A DNA stretch of 64,000 nt, taken from the NCBI GenBank assembly GCA_964467385.1, contig CAYXQC010000003.1, positions 37,798 through 101,797 of the forward strand, written 5' to 3'. This document shows, piece after piece, positions 18,385 through 27,785 of the stretch (positions are counted from its first letter, which is position 1; each line of letters opens with the position of its first letter). Origin of the DNA: an uncultured Candidatus Saccharibacteria bacterium. GTDB lineage: Bacteria > Patescibacteriota > Minisyncoccia > Phycocordibacterales > CAIZLB01. A model generated the notes under the pieces. The model saw only the letters and a program-made list of their open reading frames with translations, did not search any database and was not told the origin of the DNA. Position numbers and translations under genes: made by a program.

Positions 18385-18432
18385 TTCGAATCCCTCCGTC
18401 TCCGCATTAAGAACTTGGTATCGGCATGACCC
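18385..18432 (+). repeat. attR-like direct repeat (displaced copy of the tRNA-Ser 3' end, no 5' half)
   Basis: TTCGAATCCCTCCGTCTCCGC identical to 5174-5194; no complementary T-stem or acceptor 5' strand upstream. Confidence 0.6.
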
Positions 18433-18438
18433 GAGTGC

Positions 18439-19080
18439 CTAAGAAACCTTCTTAAATACCAAATCACCCGAGATTCTATCTTCGGTGTTAGGTCGCTTCC
18501 AAAGAAATATATTTTGAGTAAATTCAGTAGGATTTTGAATTTCTGAGGCTGAGTGATTGTAAATATTGATTCCTCGCCCCTTCATCATCTCGATTATTCT
18601 TGGTTCAAATTGCTCTAGTGATACGAAAATACTTTGTCGTGCCACTCTCTCAAATTCCTTCGCTAATTTTTCCCAATCCTCAATAAAGTAAAGGGAACTG
18701 AGTGCGATGATGTGGTCTACAGATTTATCCCTGAAAGTTTCAATGACATCCTCGACAGCCCCGATATGTCCCTCAAAACCTCGCTTTTTTGCCTCCTCAA
18801 TCATTGCGGGCGAAATATCAATTCCTTCGTATGTAAATGAGTCACCTAAATATTTCTTGAGCTTTCCCGTACCACAACCAATATCGAGCAAAGTTCCCTC
18901 GGTTATTCCATATTTTTGATATGTTTCCAGTAGAATTCTTGGAATCTGATATTCAGCTTTTCCTTCAAAGGATTCGTCGTAGACTGATGCGGCCTCGTCA
19001 TAAAAAAGGGTCACATTCCTCCTCTGTGTTTCAAGTTCTGTTTTTTCTGGACTTGGCGGTATTTTTTCCATATCTATCAT
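18439..19080 (-). CDS. Class I SAM-dependent methyltransferase
   Basis: LDIGCGTGKL motif I and DISPAMIEEAKKRGF; 213 aa. Confidence 0.6.
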   Translation of the reverse strand: MIDMEKIPPSPEKTELETQRRNVTLFYDEAASVYDESFEGKAEYQIPRILLETYQKYGITEGTLLDIGCGTGKLKKYLGDSFTYEGIDISPAMIEEAKKRGFEGHIGAVEDVIETFRDKSVDHIIALSSLYFIEDWEKLAKEFERVARQSIFVSLEQFEPRIIEMMKGRGINIYNHSASEIQNPTEFTQNIFLWKRPNTEDRISGDLVFKKVS

Positions 19081-19142
19081 ATTATCGCTAATGGCAAGAT
19101 TAGACTAGTGACCCACATACCTAATTTCAGTCTCAAAAAACT

Positions 19143-19199
19143 TGCTAAAATATCCTTAGGGGGTTTCGCCACTCTGGTACCTAACCCACGATGCCCGCA
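19143..19199 (+). repeat. Copy B of the same 57-nt block
   Basis: TGCTAAAATATCCTTA ... GGTACCTAACCCACGATGCCCGCA; same spacing as A with a 17-nt variable middle; followed by perfect hairpin GGACAGAATTTATTCTGTCC (19212-19231). Confidence 0.4.
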
Positions 19200-19309
19200 A
19201 CGATTCGCGAGGACAGAATTTATTCTGTCCGATGCGGAGCGTATCTTGGACATGATAGGTTGATGAGAAAGACGGAGCGGATGAGGCGAGCATCCTGTGC
19301 AGCAAGCCT

Positions 19310-20119
19310 CTATTTCAAAGCCTTTTTGATATTCTCTAGCTGAATTTCTACATCCTTCTCTGTCATATTTATATTTTTATCAAGATTTTTCAATATAATA
19401 GCCTCCTCCTTTGTGAGATTTCTGACACCTTTTGTATTTTGCAAGAGCTCTACAGTCATTTGCACATTATCCCGTAAAGCCTTGAAGCTCTTATGCAGGT
19501 GAATTTCTGTCTTTGAAACATCGTTTCTTATTTTTCTTCTTAAGGTGAAAAGCTTGGAAGCAAGGAACCATCCGAAGGCAATCAGGCACGCCAAAGTCGA
19601 CAAAATTATTATTCCAATTCCTAAATAATTTATTACGAGGCCCCCTATTCTAAACAGAGCTTTTTGCTTAACAAGGATTGTCACTGGCACTGTCTGTTCG
19701 CTTTTCGCTCCCCTTCTATCTTCTACAAGAGCTGTCATTGAATAGGTTCCTGGATCAATTTTTTTCGTCCAGATTAGCGCAAAGTCCCCCGAATCATTTG
19801 TCTCTATTGACTGGTATTCTATTTTTCCATTTTTGTCTTTCAGATAGACGGTTACTGTCGTATTAGGGTAAGAAGTTCCTTTAACTTGAAAAACTTCTCC
19901 TACTTCAAGTTCTTTCGGGTAATCGATCAATTTTGGGCTTGCTATCGCAAGAATACTGAAGTCAGCGGACTGGACCGTAGAATTTCCAGCCTTATCAACT
20001 GCTTTAACCAAAATACTGTGTTTTCCTGGATTCAAGGCAGGAGTTACATAAATTGTAGATGAAGCCTCAGAGTTTATGATAATGCAGGAAATTACAGTGA
20101 AAAGACAAAGATCATACAC
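19310..20119 (-). CDS. Membrane-anchored protein with an Ig-like extracellular region and a C-terminal coiled-coil
   Basis: ORF track; beta-rich N-terminal region, TM helix GIGIIILSTLACLIAFGWFL, charged C-terminal tail. Confidence 0.35.
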   Translation of the reverse strand: MYDLCLFTVISCIIINSEASSTIYVTPALNPGKHSILVKAVDKAGNSTVQSADFSILAIASPKLIDYPKELEVGEVFQVKGTSYPNTTVTVYLKDKNGKIEYQSIETNDSGDFALIWTKKIDPGTYSMTALVEDRRGAKSEQTVPVTILVKQKALFRIGGLVINYLGIGIIILSTLACLIAFGWFLASKLFTLRRKIRNDVSKTEIHLHKSFKALRDNVQMTVELLQNTKGVRNLTKEEAIILKNLDKNINMTEKDVEIQLENIKKALK

Positions 20120-20169
20120 GTAGAAAACAGCAGGTAGTCTGCCTTTTTAAAATAAACAGAAAAAGCCCT

Positions 20170-21276
20170 GTGTTCAGAATGACGATGTTATACTATTTTT
20201 ACATGATCAAATTTCATTTAAATAGAATGACTCGTCACTTCTTATCAGTGCTTATTTTTCTAATAGTATGTATACCTATCATCACTTTTGCGCATGAAGT
20301 ATACGTATTACAGCCGGATGATATACAACATGCGGTAACGACTGCATCCCCGAATCCATTCGATGTGATCCCATCACAAGAACAACAGTTTATCATTTGG
20401 GGAATACTAAGTATCATTATTGTTCTTGTTGTACTTACAATATCGATTTCTCCCCTCTTCGAACGAATGTTCGACCCGATACTTTTCCGGTTAAAGAAAA
20501 TTGCCCCTTTTATCTGTCGTATCACGGTTGGTATAAGTTTATACTCATCTGGATACCATCAAGCACTTTTCGGACCAGAACTTCCCTTATCACAGTTATT
20601 TACCAATCCACTAGAAATCAGCATTGTCTCCATTATGCTCATGTTTTTTGGAGTGTGTATCACATTCGGTTTTTTGACTCGATTCTTTTCTGTACTCGGT
20701 ATTTGTCTCTATATATATGCAAGCTTTGTACACCATACGTACATGCTTATGTATACTGACTACTTGGGCGCACTGCTCTTTTTGATTATCTACGGCGGAC
20801 ACATCTGGTCTATTGAAAATTTACTACCAATCAAACATAGATTCAATATCTTATTCAGCAAAATTAAACACCGTTTTGAGTCATATAGTTTTCTTATACT
20901 ACGTGTTTTCCTCGGAGTCGCCATATTCTATGCCTCTTTTTATGCCAAATTTTTGCATAGTAACTTGGCTCTGAGTACTGTACATAGTTACCAATTAACC
21001 GATTATTTTCACTTCACTCCACTCTTTCTAGTTTTAGGTGCCTTCATTCTAGAAGCTATTTCCGGCATCTGTATTGCGATCGGTTTTGAGATTAGATTCG
21101 TGGTACTCTTCTTAGCATTCTTTTTAACTCAATCACTTTTGTTTTTCGGAGAAGATCTCTGGCCGCATATTATCCTTTTCGGTTTAGCACTTTCCGTCTT
21201 CTTTCATGGGTATGATAGGTACACAATGGAAAAAGCATTATTCCAGAGACATAGAAAGGGTGAACCTGTACTATGA
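20170..21276 (+). CDS. Integral membrane protein (multi-pass), unknown function
   Basis: Approximately 9 hydrophobic helices throughout the 368 aa. Confidence 0.45.
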   Translation: MFRMTMLYYFYMIKFHLNRMTRHFLSVLIFLIVCIPIITFAHEVYVLQPDDIQHAVTTASPNPFDVIPSQEQQFIIWGILSIIIVLVVLTISISPLFERMFDPILFRLKKIAPFICRITVGISLYSSGYHQALFGPELPLSQLFTNPLEISIVSIMLMFFGVCITFGFLTRFFSVLGICLYIYASFVHHTYMLMYTDYLGALLFLIIYGGHIWSIENLLPIKHRFNILFSKIKHRFESYSFLILRVFLGVAIFYASFYAKFLHSNLALSTVHSYQLTDYFHFTPLFLVLGAFILEAISGICIAIGFEIRFVVLFLAFFLTQSLLFFGEDLWPHIILFGLALSVFFHGYDRYTMEKALFQRHRKGEPVL

Positions 21277-21295
21277 TTATGTTTAATAAAAAACA

Positions 21296-21529
21296 ATGAT
21301 GCAAAATATAAAAACTGGTTTATACCAACATTACAAAGGAAAGGAATATGAGGTTATTGGTATCGCAAAACACAGTGAGACCCTGGAAGAACTTGTCATT
21401 TATAAAGCACTGTATGACTCTGAAGATTTTGGTAAAAATGCTATTTGGGCAAGACCGGTTTCAATGTTCACAGATACTATTACAATAGATGGAAAAGAAA
21501 TTCCTCGATTTGAATACAAAGGAAATTAA
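21296..21529 (+). CDS. DUF1653-family small protein
   Basis: GLYQHYKGKEYEVIGIAKHSETLEELVIYKALY...WARPVSMF...IPRFEY matches the conserved DUF1653 pattern. Confidence 0.55.
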   Translation: MMQNIKTGLYQHYKGKEYEVIGIAKHSETLEELVIYKALYDSEDFGKNAIWARPVSMFTDTITIDGKEIPRFEYKGN

Positions 21530-21942
21530 AAAGCTATGAGATGTGTCTAGTAAATTCATCCAAATCCTTCCCTAAAGAATTCATCATCTTCGGCATCAAA
21601 CAAGCACAGCCATGAATTGTTGACCCATGAGCTCAAATGTCACCGTATCACAATCCCCTGATGGCGTATCATGAATAGTTGTAATATTTGTCACTTTTGA
21701 ATTCGGAAAAATGTTTGTATAGAAATTGACCGCCTCAACCGCTTGTGTATCAAACCAAAGATGCGTAATGATTTTTTTGACATGTTTTTTTAATTTAAGC
21801 TATTATCGCCCACTATTGTTATGAGCAACCAACTCATCTAACTAGCCATACTATACGGTGCAATGTTTTTAGGTTTATAATATGCCTGTAAGTATAACTC
21901 ATTTATTACTCATATATAGACAGCAGTCTAACCAATAAAACC

Positions 21943-22470
21943 ATGACTTCACCACACATGACTCGTGAAGAAATTATCGCTAAATATCCAGATATTTATG
22001 TCAACGAAAGTGGCGGTAGCGATAGCTATCAGGAAGGCCAGTCGATTATTGAACGTGATCCTGTAGCTGTGATTATCGAACATCCGACTGAAGAAAAAGT
22101 CCTTGTCTCTATGTGGAAAAAATCAAACTGGAATGGTTTTCTAACTGGTGGTATCGAAGGTGACGACACACTCGAACAAACTGTTGCTAAAGAAATTCAC
22201 GAGGAAACTGGTTTTAAAAATATTGCAAAAATAGTGCCAACTGATTTTATAGCACACGGCCTCTTTTTCCATCCGATTAAAAATGTAAATCGCCTCGCGC
22301 ATTATCATCTTGTGCTCGTAAAACTTGCAGACCTGGAACAAGACGAGGTTTCTGAAGAAGAAAAAGCTATTGCTGATTTTGAGTGGGTTGATAAATCTGA
22401 AGTTGAAAAAATGCTCACACAAAAAGACATGCGTATGTTGTGGCAATATTTTGTCGAGCACGCAAAGTAA
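21943..22470 (+). CDS. NUDIX hydrolase
   Basis: Nudix box GGIEGDDTLEQTVAKEIHEETGF (Gx5Ex7REUxEExGU pattern). Confidence 0.65.
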   Translation: MTSPHMTREEIIAKYPDIYVNESGGSDSYQEGQSIIERDPVAVIIEHPTEEKVLVSMWKKSNWNGFLTGGIEGDDTLEQTVAKEIHEETGFKNIAKIVPTDFIAHGLFFHPIKNVNRLAHYHLVLVKLADLEQDEVSEEEKAIADFEWVDKSEVEKMLTQKDMRMLWQYFVEHAK

Positions 22471-22614
22471 ATCCTTGAGGTTTTTTTCTTACTCTTTGAA
22501 ATTCACCTTCAGGCTTTGACCAACAAAACACCGCCAAATTTCCCTTTGCCTAAAATAAGGCGACATATCATCTCGCTCAAAAAATTCTCAAGAAACTTTA
22601 GAATGATTTAACTA

Positions 22615-23031
22615 TTACCACCCGATCACAATTCCCATCGCAAGCATCACCACAAGACTTGCAAAACATTCATAGATCCAAAGTTTATAGCTTCGTCCCA
22701 TCCAGATTACTTCCATTGATGTACTCGTGACGATAAATCCGAGCCATACAATAAATCCGCAAATCATTCCATTTACTACAGTTGATCCGCTAAGCGCACC
22801 TGAAGAAGCAGAGAGTGCAAACGCCACCGCAAGACCAGTAGCTGAAATGATATTTGAGACAAAATTCCAAGCCATATTTCCGATCATGTCAGAAAACTTT
22901 TCATTGCCAGTTGGCACAATATTTGCGAGTCGCATCCACATTTTCCCAAGGACAGGACCATGCAACAAGAATCCGATGATAAAAGCTACTACGGCTGCTA
23001 TAAATATTGAGAGGAAATTGATAGATAACAT
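22615..23031 (-). CDS. Small multi-pass membrane protein (DUF1761-like)
   Basis: Four hydrophobic helices in 138 aa. Confidence 0.4.
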   Translation of the reverse strand: MLSINFLSIFIAAVVAFIIGFLLHGPVLGKMWMRLANIVPTGNEKFSDMIGNMAWNFVSNIISATGLAVAFALSASSGALSGSTVVNGMICGFIVWLGFIVTSTSMEVIWMGRSYKLWIYECFASLVVMLAMGIVIGW

Positions 23032-23200
23032 ATATCTTTTGATTATCTGTTAATGTACATATTATATCACTCTTAGGAGACTACAATTTTGTACCAACTT
23101 AAACGCAAATAAAGCAAAACCGCCCACGTTTAGGACGGTTTCGCTCAATTATTTAACTACGAATCTCGAGTCTATTTGATTTGACCACCCAATCTACTAC

Positions 23201-24259
23201 TTACTGCGCATCCGTTGTGAATGAACCAGTAGCAGATGCTACAACGCTTGTACCTGTCGAGCTGGCATTTGCGTCAGCAGTAGCAGTACTCTGAATCACA
23301 TAGTAATACTTTGTATTAGGACCAAGATTGCTCACCGTTACGCTGTGCAAGAACACATTGTCGGCAATGGCGACTGTGGCTGTAGCACTTGTATCGACTG
23401 AAGAGTTTGTGCTAACCCACACCTTGCTATCAGCTTTGTGATTAGTAAACCATACAATTCGCGATGAATCTGAATCTGTTTCAATACTTGTACTGAAGAA
23501 GATACGTAGATTCGCAATGATCTTAGCTTCTGATTTTGTATGGAATTTCATAACACCTGTTACTTTTGTATTTCCATTTGAATCCTTAGCTGAGATTGTG
23601 AAGAAGTATTTTGTATCTGTTTTAAGATTTGGAATGAATACAGAGTGACTCGTCGAAGCAGTTGCGTCAACCGCTACACTATCGTATACATCAACCTTTT
23701 CATCAGTACTGTATCGTACTTCACCTGTTGTAACTTCATTTGTGTTCCATGTGATTGTTACAGTTGAGGTTCCAGCAACAGCATCTATCTTTCTAATGTT
23801 TGGAAGTGAAGCATCTACTGTGCTACTAGCTGTAGTTGTAGCATGTATACCAAACTTTCGAGTAAACCATCCCCAAAGACCTGAAGGAAGTCCTTTACCG
23901 TCCTCAATTCGCTTCTCGATACCTGGAGCATGCTGGATACCAGCTGGAAGAGTTGAACTGGCACCAACTTTCCATGTACTTGAAGCATTCACTCTGCCAC
24001 TATCACCTCGCATATCTCTATCGCCTTTGAAATCAATTTCTGTTCTTGAATTTACATTTCCATTCACATCGATACGAGTATTCGAACCTCGATTGAAACT
24101 GCCTGAGGCATTGACGTTTCCTGAAACTCCGAGATCGGCACCAAGTGCCGTCAACGTCATCGGTTGAGCATCAGCAAATGAAGGGCTACATACAAATGCG
24201 AATGCTACCATGACGGAGACGATGCTGAATATATTTTTTTTGTAAGTAATGTTTTTCAT
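23201..24259 (-). CDS. Secreted protein with fibronectin-type-III-like repeats
   Basis: N-terminal signal peptide; two repeats of the ..TITWNTNEVTTGEVRYSTD.. / ..TKYFFTISAKD.. FN3-like pattern. Confidence 0.5.
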   Translation of the reverse strand: MKNITYKKNIFSIVSVMVAFAFVCSPSFADAQPMTLTALGADLGVSGNVNASGSFNRGSNTRIDVNGNVNSRTEIDFKGDRDMRGDSGRVNASSTWKVGASSTLPAGIQHAPGIEKRIEDGKGLPSGLWGWFTRKFGIHATTTASSTVDASLPNIRKIDAVAGTSTVTITWNTNEVTTGEVRYSTDEKVDVYDSVAVDATASTSHSVFIPNLKTDTKYFFTISAKDSNGNTKVTGVMKFHTKSEAKIIANLRIFFSTSIETDSDSSRIVWFTNHKADSKVWVSTNSSVDTSATATVAIADNVFLHSVTVSNLGPNTKYYYVIQSTATADANASSTGTSVVASATGSFTTDAQ

Positions 24260-24438
24260 GGTAGTGATTTATTAAGTCATAAGGTAGGAATATACATGTA
24301 TATCTTTCCTACACACACTACAAAGACGTCGGCACATACAACTGCTTACCACTCATATATACAAGCGTATTTTATGTAAAGCATTTGTATACTTCGCAAA
24401 TTATCAAAATATGATAAATAATATAATTAAAATTATCT

Positions 24439-24476
24439 AAAAAAACAAAACCGCACGCCAGTTATAGTGACGTGCG
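24439..24476 (-). terminator. Rho-independent terminator for the minus-strand gene 24556-25215
   Basis: On the minus strand CGCACGTCACTATAACTGGCGTGCGG followed by TTTTGTTTTTTT. Confidence 0.55.
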
Positions 24477-24555
24477 ATTCTGCTTTGTTCTTTTCCCCTC
24501 TGGCCCAACACCTTTTATCCGGTGCCAGTACCCCGCTATCTAGGCTTTTGTCCGA

Positions 24556-25215
24556 CTAAATAGCGGTGAAGGATCGTGGAAGTGTAACTGTTACATTACC
24601 TGCCGCGTCTGTCGCGTGGACAACATACCAATACTGTTGACCAGCTGTCAAGTTAGGAAGAGCGATACTCTGTCCAGCTGAAAGTCCTGTACCTACATTT
24701 ACATATGCAGCACTAATTCCTACTTGTGATGTGCCTTCAAGGGCTTCAGTCATAGTAATAGGCTTTGAGTCGAAGTATACACGGCCCATAACAGCTTCGT
24801 TTGAAGTCCAGCTAACAGTAGCCTGACCTGAAGAAACGATACCGTTAAGGTTATAAAGCATAGGTGCAGTGTTATCCATAGAAGCACCAAGTGAACCACC
24901 TGTAAGGATCATGTTGTTAATCGCAGCAAGAGTAAGAGGTCCTACTCGTCCGACCTGTGGAAGACCAACCATTGCCTGGAATCGTGCCACGGCTCTAGAT
25001 GTCAGTATTCCGAAGTAACCAGTAACTAGACCCTCAGGATAGATCGAAGAATTAGTTCCGAGAAACGCCTGCAAGTTTGAGACGTTAACTCCTCGTGAAC
25101 CAATACCCATCTGGGCGGTTAGTGCGGTGGCAGCAGAAACTCCAGAGGCACTAAATACAAGTGCAAATGCTGTGAGCATAACCGCCACCTTAAGATTCCA
25201 ATTGTTCTTTTTCAT
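24556..25215 (-). CDS. Secreted protein with a peptidoglycan-binding (PG_binding_1-like) domain and an FN3-like domain
   Basis: Signal peptide; LQAFLGTNSSIYPEGLVTGYFGILTSRAVARFQ PG-binding-like motif; C-terminal VSWTSNEAVMGRVYF...QYWYVVHATDAAGNVT. Confidence 0.5.
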   Translation of the reverse strand: MKKNNWNLKVAVMLTAFALVFSASGVSAATALTAQMGIGSRGVNVSNLQAFLGTNSSIYPEGLVTGYFGILTSRAVARFQAMVGLPQVGRVGPLTLAAINNMILTGGSLGASMDNTAPMLYNLNGIVSSGQATVSWTSNEAVMGRVYFDSKPITMTEALEGTSQVGISAAYVNVGTGLSAGQSIALPNLTAGQQYWYVVHATDAAGNVTVTLPRSFTAI

Positions 25216-25548
25216 AGTTATGAATTAATTAATGTGTGATTATTAATTTGATATTGAACATTCCCGTTATTGTTATATCAGTCGCAATAACCGACCTTTA
25301 CGTACATAAAGACGGCGGTTCTTATCAGTGCTTACCAGTCTCACAAATAAGATAAAAATTTATAAGGCTTAAACTTCAGACATTTTAATAGACATAGTAT
25401 GGTTATGGAAAAGACTAGACATATATAATGGGAGGAGTACAGTGTAATTAAGAGAAAGGTAATTTACACCTTTGAGCTACAACATAAATGCTCATAAATA
25501 GAACCGGCGCTTTCCAGAAATCATTTAAGCCTTTCTTCGTCTTATAGC

Positions 25549-26079
25549 ATGGAGGATCTAAAAAACAAGTTTGATGAAGCCTATACTACTCATGCAGATC
25601 CAATCTTTCGCTTCTGCTTTTTTAAGCTGAATGATCGTGAATTGGCTAGAGATATGATGCAAGAAACATTCATGAAAGCATGGACGACAGCATCAAAGGA
25701 AGGATCCAACATTGAAAGCATGAAAGCTTTGCTATATAAAATAGCAGGAAACCTTGTAATAGATGAATATCGGCGCAGAGGTCGACGTGGCCAAGAGCCA
25801 TCCCTTGACGTTCTCCACGAAGAAGGATTTGATCCTTCTTTCGACGATACCTCATCACTCCTTGATATTATTGACGGGAAAGAGGCTATAAGACTTATAA
25901 GCCAAGTACGTGAGCCATATGGTGAAGCTGTGTTTATGAGATATGTGCAAGACCTCACACTCCCCGAAATAGCCAATATCACCGGTGAGACCGAAAATAC
26001 CATATCGGTAAGAGTACATAGGGGGATAGCTATACTAAAGAAGATATTCAATCACGAACAGGAACACGCAAATACATGA
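25549..26079 (+). CDS. RNA polymerase ECF-type sigma-70 factor
   Basis: Region 2 (ADPIFRFCFFKLNDRELARDMMQETFMKAW) and region 4 HTH (LTLPEIANITGETENTISVRVHRG). Confidence 0.75.
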   Translation: MEDLKNKFDEAYTTHADPIFRFCFFKLNDRELARDMMQETFMKAWTTASKEGSNIESMKALLYKIAGNLVIDEYRRRGRRGQEPSLDVLHEEGFDPSFDDTSSLLDIIDGKEAIRLISQVREPYGEAVFMRYVQDLTLPEIANITGETENTISVRVHRGIAILKKIFNHEQEHANT

Positions 26080-27734
26080 AAAAGAATAATTTATACAAGA
26101 TCATAGAACAAATGAATAATGAAGATGATAGTGAGATTCTCATACATGGTGAACTCTCACAGGTGCCCTCAGAGGATCTTTTATCTCTCCTCGAAAAAGC
26201 AAATGACATTTCGTTAACTACTGAAGAAAAAACAGCAGGTGCTTCAGCGTTCCGTGCATTTATGGAGATAAATACTCCAGCCAATGTTCCCGCCGAATCT
26301 ATCGAATCCACCGAATCTGTCAAAACCTCAAATGTACAGAAACCAAAAGAGAAGCTTAAGTCTTTATATACAAGCTGGGATATTTTAACCATGAAAGCTT
26401 CTCGAGAAGCTTCACGAGCTCTCGTTTTCATAAAAAAGAATCATATGGCATACACAGCTGTGGTGTTACTATTTGCATTCCTCTTCACTTCAAGCATAGC
26501 GTACGCTTCCCAAGATTCACTTCCGGGCGATATCCTCTACCCTGTTAAAATTCATGTACATGAAAAAATTGAGTCTGTTCTCGCAACTAAAACTGAAGAT
26601 AAAGCGCGAGTAGCCGTAAAACATGCGGTTAATCGTGTAAAAGAGGCTGAAACACTTGCTTCAGAAGGAAAAATCGACAAGGAAAACAGAGCGTCCATAG
26701 ATGCAGCCATTGAAAAAGATAGCTCAAAAGCAGAAGCTAGTCTCGCAAGACTCTCAGACGAAGGAAAGGCTGACTTGGCAGTACAAATCAGTTCTGATTA
26801 CGAAGATTCACTTAGTATATTTGCAAAAAATATTGAAAACATCAGTGCCAAAGAATCAGCTCGAGTCGCCATTTCTGTAAATGAAAAAGCTACACGAATC
26901 ACGAAGCTCGCCACAACTATGGAAAGATCTAACAAGTCTGAGGATACAAACAACACCATCGAAACAGAAAATGAAGTGGAAAAAGCAAGTATTACAAAAA
27001 ATATTGAAATTAAACTTCAGAATAAATTAAAGGTTTTAGCTGAACAACGAATCGCCCTTGAAGCTAAACTCTCAGCATCAAGCACAATTGTTGCCACTAA
27101 GAAAAACGCAAATAGCGAGCAAGATTCTTCTAAGCAAAAAATTGATAATATTGAAAAATACGTTAAAGTTCCTGATGAAAATTTCACCATATCTGCTACA
27201 GAAATAAAAGAAATTAAAGACAAAGTGGAAGTGGCTAAAAATACATATCAGCAAGGAACCCAGAAAATGAATGTTGGTGCCTACGGAAACGCTTTAACCC
27301 TCTTCAAAAATGCCAAGACAGATGCTGAAAATGCTGAGAAAAAACTCATTAATTCATATAAAAAAATAGTACCGGCTGATTCAGCAAACCCAGGAAATTC
27401 TTATGGTGCAACATATGTAGGCAGTTCAAAAAAACGAGATGGTACTACTACAACGCTCCTCAACATAAAATCTCTCACCATTGTTGACCTTGATGCTTTT
27501 GGATCATCAACACAATCAAATACAGTGGCGAGTTCAAGTTCGTCAACCAATATTGAAATAAATTCTAGTGCAGCAGGTTCTGCAAGCTCTGGCGTTCCCC
27601 CGACAAGTGGACAAAACTCATCCGTGACAACACCCACAGCATCAACACCAGCCGTTTCAACTCCTGCAGGAACTGTCCCAAGTGCTTCTATACCAGCGGT
27701 TTCAGCACCCGCTGTTTCTGTGCCTGGATTATAA
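26076..27734 (+). CDS. Putative anti-sigma-factor-like membrane protein with a coiled-coil ectodomain and a Ser/Thr/Pro/Ala-rich tail
   Basis: ATGA start/stop overlap with the sigma-factor gene; single TM helix (YTAVVLLFAFLFTSSIAYA); low-complexity C-terminal PTASTPAVSTPAGTVPSASIPAVSAPAVS. Confidence 0.45.
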   Translation: MKKNNLYKIIEQMNNEDDSEILIHGELSQVPSEDLLSLLEKANDISLTTEEKTAGASAFRAFMEINTPANVPAESIESTESVKTSNVQKPKEKLKSLYTSWDILTMKASREASRALVFIKKNHMAYTAVVLLFAFLFTSSIAYASQDSLPGDILYPVKIHVHEKIESVLATKTEDKARVAVKHAVNRVKEAETLASEGKIDKENRASIDAAIEKDSSKAEASLARLSDEGKADLAVQISSDYEDSLSIFAKNIENISAKESARVAISVNEKATRITKLATTMERSNKSEDTNNTIETENEVEKASITKNIEIKLQNKLKVLAEQRIALEAKLSASSTIVATKKNANSEQDSSKQKIDNIEKYVKVPDENFTISATEIKEIKDKVEVAKNTYQQGTQKMNVGAYGNALTLFKNAKTDAENAEKKLINSYKKIVPADSANPGNSYGATYVGSSKKRDGTTTTLLNIKSLTIVDLDAFGSSTQSNTVASSSSSTNIEINSSAAGSASSGVPPTSGQNSSVTTPTASTPAVSTPAGTVPSASIPAVSAPAVSVPGL

Positions 27735-27785
27735 ATTACAAGATGATTTAACAGCGACGGATTTGTGTTAATTTCAGCAGTTATC

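Larger units (their letters stand above)
5174..18432. mobile_element. Integrated genomic island / defective prophage or satellite-like element in the tRNA-Ser 3' end
   Basis: 21-bp perfect direct repeat TTCGAATCCCTCCGTCTCCGC at 5174-5194 and 18385-18405, extending imperfectly to about 48 bp. The interior looks GC-richer by eye and carries a large serine recombinase, TerS/TerL, two DNA MTases (one ParB-fused) and accessory genes. Flanks are chromosomal (pil/comF on the left). Confidence 0.55.

Noticed and set aside
18249-18467. 72-aa minus-strand ORF spanning the attR repeat
   Set aside because: It crosses the displaced tRNA 3' fragment, has Arg-rich low-complexity translation and no start context. 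Likely non-coding.
21530-21942. 410-bp gap without ORFs. Considered a pseudogene or ncRNA.
   Set aside because: Only a TTGACA-18-TATTAT promoter-like element (about 21778-21810) is recognisable. No conserved coding remnant or RNA structure identified.
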